DNA from: Giesbergeria sp.
Lineage (GTDB): Bacteria; Pseudomonadota; Gammaproteobacteria; Burkholderiales; Burkholderiaceae_C
Reading direction: 5' to 3'
DNA length: 33,800 nucleotides
Assembly: GCA_034674825.1 (NCBI GenBank)
Contig: JAUCDU010000001.1
Coordinates: 1-33,800 of the forward strand
The notes under the pieces were generated by a model. It worked only from the letters and a program-made list of their open reading frames with translations. It was not told the origin of the DNA and made no database searches. Of the stretch, positions 27,298 through 33,800 are shown one piece after another. The position numbers and the translations under genes are program-made. Every line of letters begins with the position of its first letter. Position 1 is the stretch's first letter.

Positions 27298-28905
27298 TCA
27301 GGTCTGTGCAATGCGCAACGCGGACTCGCGCGCCTGCGCAGTTGCCTGAAGGGTGCCGCTCAGGCGGAACACGGCGACGGCGTTCACCAATTGCACCGCC
27401 TGGGCCTTGAGGCCTTCGGCGGCAGCGGCGCTCTCCTCGACCAGTGCGGCATTCCGCTGTGTTGCCTGGTCCATCTGCGTCACGGCCTCGCCAACTTGGG
27501 CCACGCCCTGGCGCTGCTCCTGGCTGGCCGCACTGATCTCGCCCACGACCTCGGTCACGCGGCCAATGGCTTGTACCACCTCGCCCATGGTGTTGCCGGC
27601 GCGGTCTGCCAAGACGGAGCCCACTTCCACGCGCTCAACACTTGCGTCAATCAAGGACTTGATCTCCTTGGCGGCTTCGGCGCTGCGCCCTGCCAAGCTG
27701 CGCACCTCGCTCGCCACGACCGCAAAACCGCGCCCCTGCTCGCCAGCACGTGCCGCTTCGACAGCAGCGTTCAGCGCCAGAATATTGGTTTGAAAGGCGA
27801 TGCCGTCGATCACGCCGATGATGTCGGCGATCTTGCGGCTGCTGTCGTTGATGTCCTTCATCGTGCGGACGACTTCAGCGACCACCGCGCCGCCTTGCGT
27901 CGCAACCTTCTGGGCATTGAGTGCAAGCTGGTTGGCGGTGCGCGCGTTGTCAGCGTTCTGGCTCACGGTGGAGTTGAGCTCCTCCATGGAGGCCGAGGTT
28001 TCTTCGAGTGCGCTCGCTTGCTGCTCCGTTCGGGCCGACAGATCGCTGTTGCCGTGGGCAATCTCGGCGCTGGCGGTGGCCACGCCTTCGGCACCTTGTC
28101 GCACTTCGCCGACGATGCCCGATAGATGTCTTTGCATTGCCCCAAGCGCCTGGAGCAATTGGCCGGGTTCATCGCTCGCTGCGCCTTCCAATGTGTGTGT
28201 CAGGTCGCCCGTTGCGATGGCCTGTGCGAGTTGGCGGCTGCGTTGCACTGGCTGCACGATGGAGCGGGTGACCAGCGCCGCCAACGCCAGGCCCAGCACG
28301 ATCGCGATGAGCGCGCAGGCGCCAAGAATCCATTTGCTGGTTTGTGCCACAGAGCTGCTGTGCTGCTGGCTTGCGCTCAAGAGCTGGGCCATGTGTTGGC
28401 GCAAGGCGTCAAGGGCTGTGAGTGTCTGGTCGGCAAGCGGACGCAGATCTTTGTCGACCATCGCAGATATGTTCGGCTCGCCCAGGCGATGCAGCTCGCG
28501 AATTTCAGCGATTCGCTGCGTGTAGGCGGCTTGAGCGGCGTCCACATTGGCCAGCAAGGCCTTGCCCGATGCGCCAGTCACCAGCGTGCGCACCCGTTGC
28601 GCCGTTTGCTCGATGTCACGTGCCGTGGCATTGGTGCTGGCGTTGAGCTGGTCCATGTACTCACGCTCGACCGCCTTGAGGAAGGCCTCTGTGCGCACCC
28701 AGTTCAGGTTCAAGCCTGCCGCCCAACGCTCCACCTGCGCTTGGCGCTCCATCTCCACGGTGGAAACATGCTCGCTGTCAGCCGCCATGGTTTGAATTCG
28801 CCAGATGCCGATGCCGGCGGTCAATGTCGTAATCAGCAAAATGAGGCCAAAACCAAGACCCAAGCGCGGGCCGACGCGGAGCGTACGCAACATATCTTTG
28901 TTCAA
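27298..28905 (-). CDS. Methyl-accepting chemotaxis protein (TM, periplasmic sensor, TM, HAMP, signalling domain)
   Basis: [37 protein letters not shown] and two TM helices. Start is TTG 28905 or ATG 28893. Confidence 0.95.
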   Translation of the reverse strand: MNKDMLRTLRVGPRLGLGFGLILLITTLTAGIGIWRIQTMAADSEHVSTVEMERQAQVERWAAGLNLNWVRTEAFLKAVEREYMDQLNASTNATARDIEQTAQRVRTLVTGASGKALLANVDAAQAAYTQRIAEIRELHRLGEPNISAMVDKDLRPLADQTLTALDALRQHMAQLLSASQQHSSSVAQTSKWILGACALIAIVLGLALAALVTRSIVQPVQRSRQLAQAIATGDLTHTLEGAASDEPGQLLQALGAMQRHLSGIVGEVRQGAEGVATASAEIAHGNSDLSARTEQQASALEETSASMEELNSTVSQNADNARTANQLALNAQKVATQGGAVVAEVVRTMKDINDSSRKIADIIGVIDGIAFQTNILALNAAVEAARAGEQGRGFAVVASEVRSLAGRSAEAAKEIKSLIDASVERVEVGSVLADRAGNTMGEVVQAIGRVTEVVGEISAASQEQRQGVAQVGEAVTQMDQATQRNAALVEESAAAAEGLKAQAVQLVNAVAVFRLSGTLQATAQARESALRIAQT

Positions 28906-28922
28906 ACAGGCGAGAGTGAAAG

Positions 28923-28949
28923 GTATCGGCGCAGGTCGATAGACCTATG
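28923..28949 (-). promoter_or_regulatory. Possible sigma-28 (FliA) promoter of the MCP gene
   Basis: Minus strand CATA-N15-GCCGATAC against the consensus TAAA-N15-GCCGATAA; the -35 match is weak. Confidence 0.4.
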
Positions 28950-28994
28950 GATTGCCGCTCAAAACGGTGGCGATCGCGCGCCAGGGGAAACGGC

Positions 28995-29582
28995 TCATTC
29001 CTTGCCCAGCAGCGCGTCCTTGAGCTTCCAGTCGGCAGGTTTTGGGCCAAGCCAGATGCCCAACAAGGCGTTGAAAAATGCGGGTTCCTTGAACGGCTCG
29101 CCCTGCACCACACCCTTGACGGTGATCACTGTGCCCTTGCCTGGAACCCAGTCGATCATGAAGCTGTCGCCAGCCTCAAGCTTCTTGTGGTCCGAAAAAA
29201 TCTGGCTCATACGCAACACACCCGGAATGAGCTTGGAGAACGAAGCACGGTCCATGTTGTCTTCCATGCCGCGCGAAAAGAGCTTGCCAAGTTCCGTCGA
29301 GTCGATGTCCCGCAGCATCGTGATGGAGAGGCGCTTGGGTCCCGGTACCGCGAATACTTCCGCCGTCGTGCCAGCGGCCTGCTCTAGATAGAGTCCGGCG
29401 GCATAGACCTTGAACACCGCCTTGTAGCGCAGGCCCGCGCCGTTGAGTTTCAGCGCTGTATCTGCCACCTTCACGCTGTCGGCGTATTTCACGCCGGCCA
29501 GGGTCACCGGATCGGCGTAAGCGTTGGCCAGCAGCAAGGTGCCCAACAAGCAGGAGAGAAACGTATGAACGCAGCGGCGCAT
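28995..29582 (-). CDS. Chalcone isomerase-like (CHI-fold) exported protein
   Basis: Signal peptide (ANAYA), LKLNGAGLRYKAVFKVYAAGLYL and FFNALLGIWLGPKPADWKLKDALLG; GGAG RBS. Confidence 0.85.
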   Translation of the reverse strand: MRRCVHTFLSCLLGTLLLANAYADPVTLAGVKYADSVKVADTALKLNGAGLRYKAVFKVYAAGLYLEQAAGTTAEVFAVPGPKRLSITMLRDIDSTELGKLFSRGMEDNMDRASFSKLIPGVLRMSQIFSDHKKLEAGDSFMIDWVPGKGTVITVKGVVQGEPFKEPAFFNALLGIWLGPKPADWKLKDALLGKE

Positions 29583-29595
29583 GACAAGCTCCAAA

Positions 29596-29615
29596 AAAAG
29601 AACGACCGTACTATT
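29596..29615. promoter_or_regulatory. FadP-like (TetR) operator
   Basis: Imperfect palindrome AATAGTACGGTCGTTCTTTT (minus strand) between a TACAAT -10 box (29631-29636) and the RBS of the CHI-like gene. Confidence 0.5.
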
Positions 29616-29730
29616 TGTTGAGTGTTGCAAATTGTAGGGACTTGTACAACAGGGTTTTCTCCTAAGCCTGCAGATATAGCTGCGCCCAATCGAGCCAGCG
29701 GCGCAGGCCAGGTTTGCTACACTTTGCCGA

Positions 29731-29814
29731 ATGTTCATTCACCGCGCATTTCTCGCAGGTCTTGACGACCGGGGAGCCTGGCCCTGGCGGTCCCAGTCCG
29801 CATCGCGTTTCTGA
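29731..29814 (+). CDS. trpL: Putative trp leader peptide (27 aa, MFIHRAFLAGLDDRGAWPWRSQSASRF)
   Basis: Short ORF with W-P-W-R ending about 105 nt upstream of trpE, preceded by an extended -10 element TGcTACACT (29715-29723). Confidence 0.65.
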   Translation: MFIHRAFLAGLDDRGAWPWRSQSASRF

Positions 29815-29919
29815 GCGCCTGGCCCCGGCCGTGCGCGCATGCCGAGGCCAACCAAGCCTCTTCGATGAACCTGGCGCGCCAGCCTTTTGGCCCGCCCGCC
29901 GCCCAGGCAGGACACCCCC

Positions 29920-31415
<1,496 letters not shown>

Positions 31416-31419
<4 letters not shown>

Positions 31420-31751
31420 ACCGCGCGATCAACAAAGTGAAGCCCTGCCAGGACATGCAGGACGTGCGCCGCGCCATCGACGCGCTGGACGACGTTCTGG
31501 TGCCACTGCTGGTCGAGCGCGTGGGATACATGACGCAGGCGGCACGCATCAAACCGCAGGCCAGCCAAGTGCGTGACGAAGCGCGCATCGAAGCCATCGT
31601 GGAGCGCGTGCGCGAACGCGCGGCCGCCGAGGGCGGCGACGCCGCCGTGATCGAGCAGATCTACCGCAGCATGATGGAGGCGTGCATCGCCTTCGAGGAC
31701 CGTGAGTTCGTGCGACTGCGCGAGACCTCCAACCAGGGAGACGGCGTATGA
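31416..31751 (+). CDS. Chorismate mutase type II / isochorismate-pyruvate lyase-like protein
   Basis: [33 protein letters not shown] (AroQ fold); ATGA-coupled to trpE and trpG. Confidence 0.82.
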
Positions 31752-32326
31752 AGCTCCTGATGATCGACAACTACGACAGCTTCACCTGGAACATCGTGCA
31801 GTACTTGGGTGAACTGGGGGCCGAGGTCGAAGTCGTGCGCAACGACGAAGTCACGCTGGCCGATCTGGACGCGCGCCTCGCCTCGGGTGCCATGGACCGG
31901 CTGGTGGTCTCGCCCGGCCCGTGCTCGCCACAGGAGGCCGGCATTTCGGTGCCGGCGATCCAGCATTTCGCCGGCCGGCTGCCGATTCTGGGCGTGTGCC
32001 TGGGCCACCAGGCCATTGGCGCCGCGTTTGGCGGGAAGATCGTGCGCGCGCAAGAGCTGATGCACGGCAAGACCAGCGTCATCACGACTACGCAAACGGG
32101 CGTGTTCGCTGGCCTGCCGCGCCAGTTCACCGTCAACCGCTACCACTCGCTGTCGATCGAGCGCGCGAGTTGCCCCGAAGTGCTGGAGATCACGGCCTGG
32201 ACGGACGACGGTGAAATCATGGGCGTGCGCCACAAGGAGCTGCCGATCGAGGGCGTGCAGTTCCACCCGGAAAGCATCCTGAGCGAGCAGGGTCATGCGT
32301 TGCTGAAAAATTTTCTGGATAAATGA
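31748..32326 (+). CDS. trpG: Anthranilate synthase component II (glutamine amidotransferase)
   Basis: [28 protein letters not shown] and GVQFHPES motifs. Confidence 0.94.
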   Translation: MKLLMIDNYDSFTWNIVQYLGELGAEVEVVRNDEVTLADLDARLASGAMDRLVVSPGPCSPQEAGISVPAIQHFAGRLPILGVCLGHQAIGAAFGGKIVRAQELMHGKTSVITTTQTGVFAGLPRQFTVNRYHSLSIERASCPEVLEITAWTDDGEIMGVRHKELPIEGVQFHPESILSEQGHALLKNFLDK

Positions 32327-32423
32327 AAGCACCCCCCGCGCCGCTTCGCGTCACCCCCCTCTCTCGCCTTCGGCGGGAGCGGGCGGCTGCGGCGGCCTGG
32401 CAAGGCCAGTTCCGCGGTGCCGC
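32325..32423. repeat. GC-rich REP-like palindromic intergenic element
   Basis: Small hairpins (CGCC-TTC-GGCG, CTGGC-AAG-GCCAG). Shares GAAAGCnCCCCCGCGCCGC with 17195-17213 (minus) and TCGCCTTCGGCG with the 12061-12142 element. Confidence 0.55.
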
Positions 32424-32476
32424 GGGTGCAAAGCCCCTTGCCCATCCATTTTTTGCCAACCATTCGAGGGCTGCTG

Positions 32477-33565
32477 ATGCCAATTGACTTAAGAAGCGAC
32501 ACCGTCACCCAGCCCACCGCCGCCATGCGCGCCGCCATGATGGCCGCGCCGCTGGGCGACGATGTGTTCGGCGACGACCCCTCGGTCAATGCCTTGCAGC
32601 AGCGCATTGCCGCCATTACCGGCAAGGAAGCCGCGCTCTTCATGCCCAGCGGCACGCAGAGCAACCTGTGCGGCATCCTGGCGCACTGCCAGCGCGGCGA
32701 CGAATACATCGTCGGCCAGAACGCCCACACCTACCGCTACGAAGGCGGTGGCGCGGCGGTGTTTGGCAGCGTGCAGCCCCAGCCCCTCGCGCAAGATGCA
32801 GGTGGCCGCATGGCGCTGGCCGACATTGCCGCCGCCATCAAGCCCGACGACCCGCATTTCGCGCGCACGCGCCTGCTGTGCCTGGAAAACACCTGGAACG
32901 GTCAGGTGATGCCCGACGACTACCTGCGCGGCGCCACCGATCTGGCGCGCCAGCACGGCCTGGCCAACCACCTGGATGGCGCGCGCGTATTCAACGCGGC
33001 TGTGGCGTCAGCGGCGCCTGGCCAAAGCGCGCTGGAGCGTGTGCGCGAGATTGCCGCGCACTTCGACAGCCTTTCGGTGTGCTTTAGCAAAGGCCTGGGC
33101 GCACCCATCGGCTCGGCCTTGTGCGGTTCGCAAGAACTCATCGAGCGCGCCCGGCGCCTGCGCAAAATGGCCGGCGGTGGCCTGCGCCAGGCGGGCTTTC
33201 TGGCCGCAGCAGCGCAGTACGCGCTGGAGCACCATGTGGACCGGCTGGCGCAGGACCACGCGCTGGCGCAGCAACTGGCACAAGGTCTGCAAGGCATTGA
33301 CGGCCTCAGCGTGCGCTCGGCCAGCACCAACATCGTGTTTGCCGACGTGGCGGACGGTCGCGGCCCGGCGTTGCTGGAATGGTTGCAGCAGCGCGGCGTG
33401 CTGGCAACTGGCCTGATTGGCCTGCGCTTTGTCACGCACCTCGATGTGGACGCGGCAGGCGTGGCGTACGCGCTCGATTGCGTGCGCCAGTTTTTTGCCG
33501 TCTCACCTGTGGGTGCTGCGGGCGCTACGGCGGCGCCATCGGCTGGCGCTCCAGCCGTCTATTGA
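32477..33565 (+). CDS. ltaE: Low-specificity L-threonine aldolase
   Basis: [39 protein letters not shown] and [12 protein letters not shown] (PLP lysine). Confidence 0.93.
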   Translation: MPIDLRSDTVTQPTAAMRAAMMAAPLGDDVFGDDPSVNALQQRIAAITGKEAALFMPSGTQSNLCGILAHCQRGDEYIVGQNAHTYRYEGGGAAVFGSVQPQPLAQDAGGRMALADIAAAIKPDDPHFARTRLLCLENTWNGQVMPDDYLRGATDLARQHGLANHLDGARVFNAAVASAAPGQSALERVREIAAHFDSLSVCFSKGLGAPIGSALCGSQELIERARRLRKMAGGGLRQAGFLAAAAQYALEHHVDRLAQDHALAQQLAQGLQGIDGLSVRSASTNIVFADVADGRGPALLEWLQQRGVLATGLIGLRFVTHLDVDAAGVAYALDCVRQFFAVSPVGAAGATAAPSAGAPAVY

Positions 33566-33588
33566 CCCCCTCCATGCAGAAAGTCCCC

Positions 33589-33800
33589 ATGTCCATCACG
33601 CCGCAAGAAGCGCTGCAGCGCACCGTAGAACACCGGGAAATTTTTCACGACGAAATGCTGCACCTGATGCGCATGATCATGCAGGGCGAGCTCTCCCCCG
33701 TGATGACGGCGGCCATCGTCACGGGCCTGCGCGTGAAGAAGGAAACCATTGGCGAGATCACCGCCGCAGCGCAGGTGATGCGCGAGTTCTCGAACAAGGT
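33589..33800 (+). CDS. trpD: Anthranilate phosphoribosyltransferase, 3'-truncated by the window edge
   Basis: [68 protein letters not shown] is a betaproteobacterial TrpD-type N-terminus, in trp operon context. Confidence 0.88.
   Translation, partial: MSITPQEALQRTVEHREIFHDEMLHLMRMIMQGELSPVMTAAIVTGLRVKKETIGEITAAAQVMREFSNK

Noticed and set aside
29676-29716. ATAGCTGCGCC...GGCGCAGGCCAGGTTTG as a fifth copy of the 57-bp motif
   Set aside because: AGCT-to-TTTG spacing is 35 rather than 37, and the GCGCTRG core and first dyad are missing; at most a decayed copy.

Overview
GC-rich betaproteobacterial chromosome segment; gene content and order suggest Comamonadaceae. It is mostly housekeeping, with no transposase, integrase, CRISPR array, tRNA or rRNA seen. 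Order: 5'-truncated RlmL-like methyltransferase, PIN protein, nitrilase-nitroreductase pair, kinase-like ORF, YecA/SEC-C, LysR with a divergent NAD-dependent epimerase, Tat nitroreductase-like lipoprotein, thiL-DUF4139-pgpA-cinA, two cation:proton antiporter-like genes with ybdK, apaG/rpe, a small ORF plus an 8.4 kb cyclic beta-1,2-glucan synthase, a secreted protein, gph, an MCP, a chalcone-isomerase-like gene and trpE-chorismate mutase-trpG-ltaE-trpD (truncated). The main unexplained signal is a fixed-length (~57 bp) gaplessly alignable AT-rich motif, AGCT-N5-CGC-N11-GCGCTRG-N6-AWTT. It lies inside four unrelated coding genes (rlmL-like, cinA, thiL, gph) and is translated in three different frames/orientations. 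Also seen: an unannotated leaderless Trp leader peptide before trpE, a 31-bp bidirectional apaG/rpe promoter, a FadP-like operator, and two antiporter paralogs lacking the ion-binding Asp.
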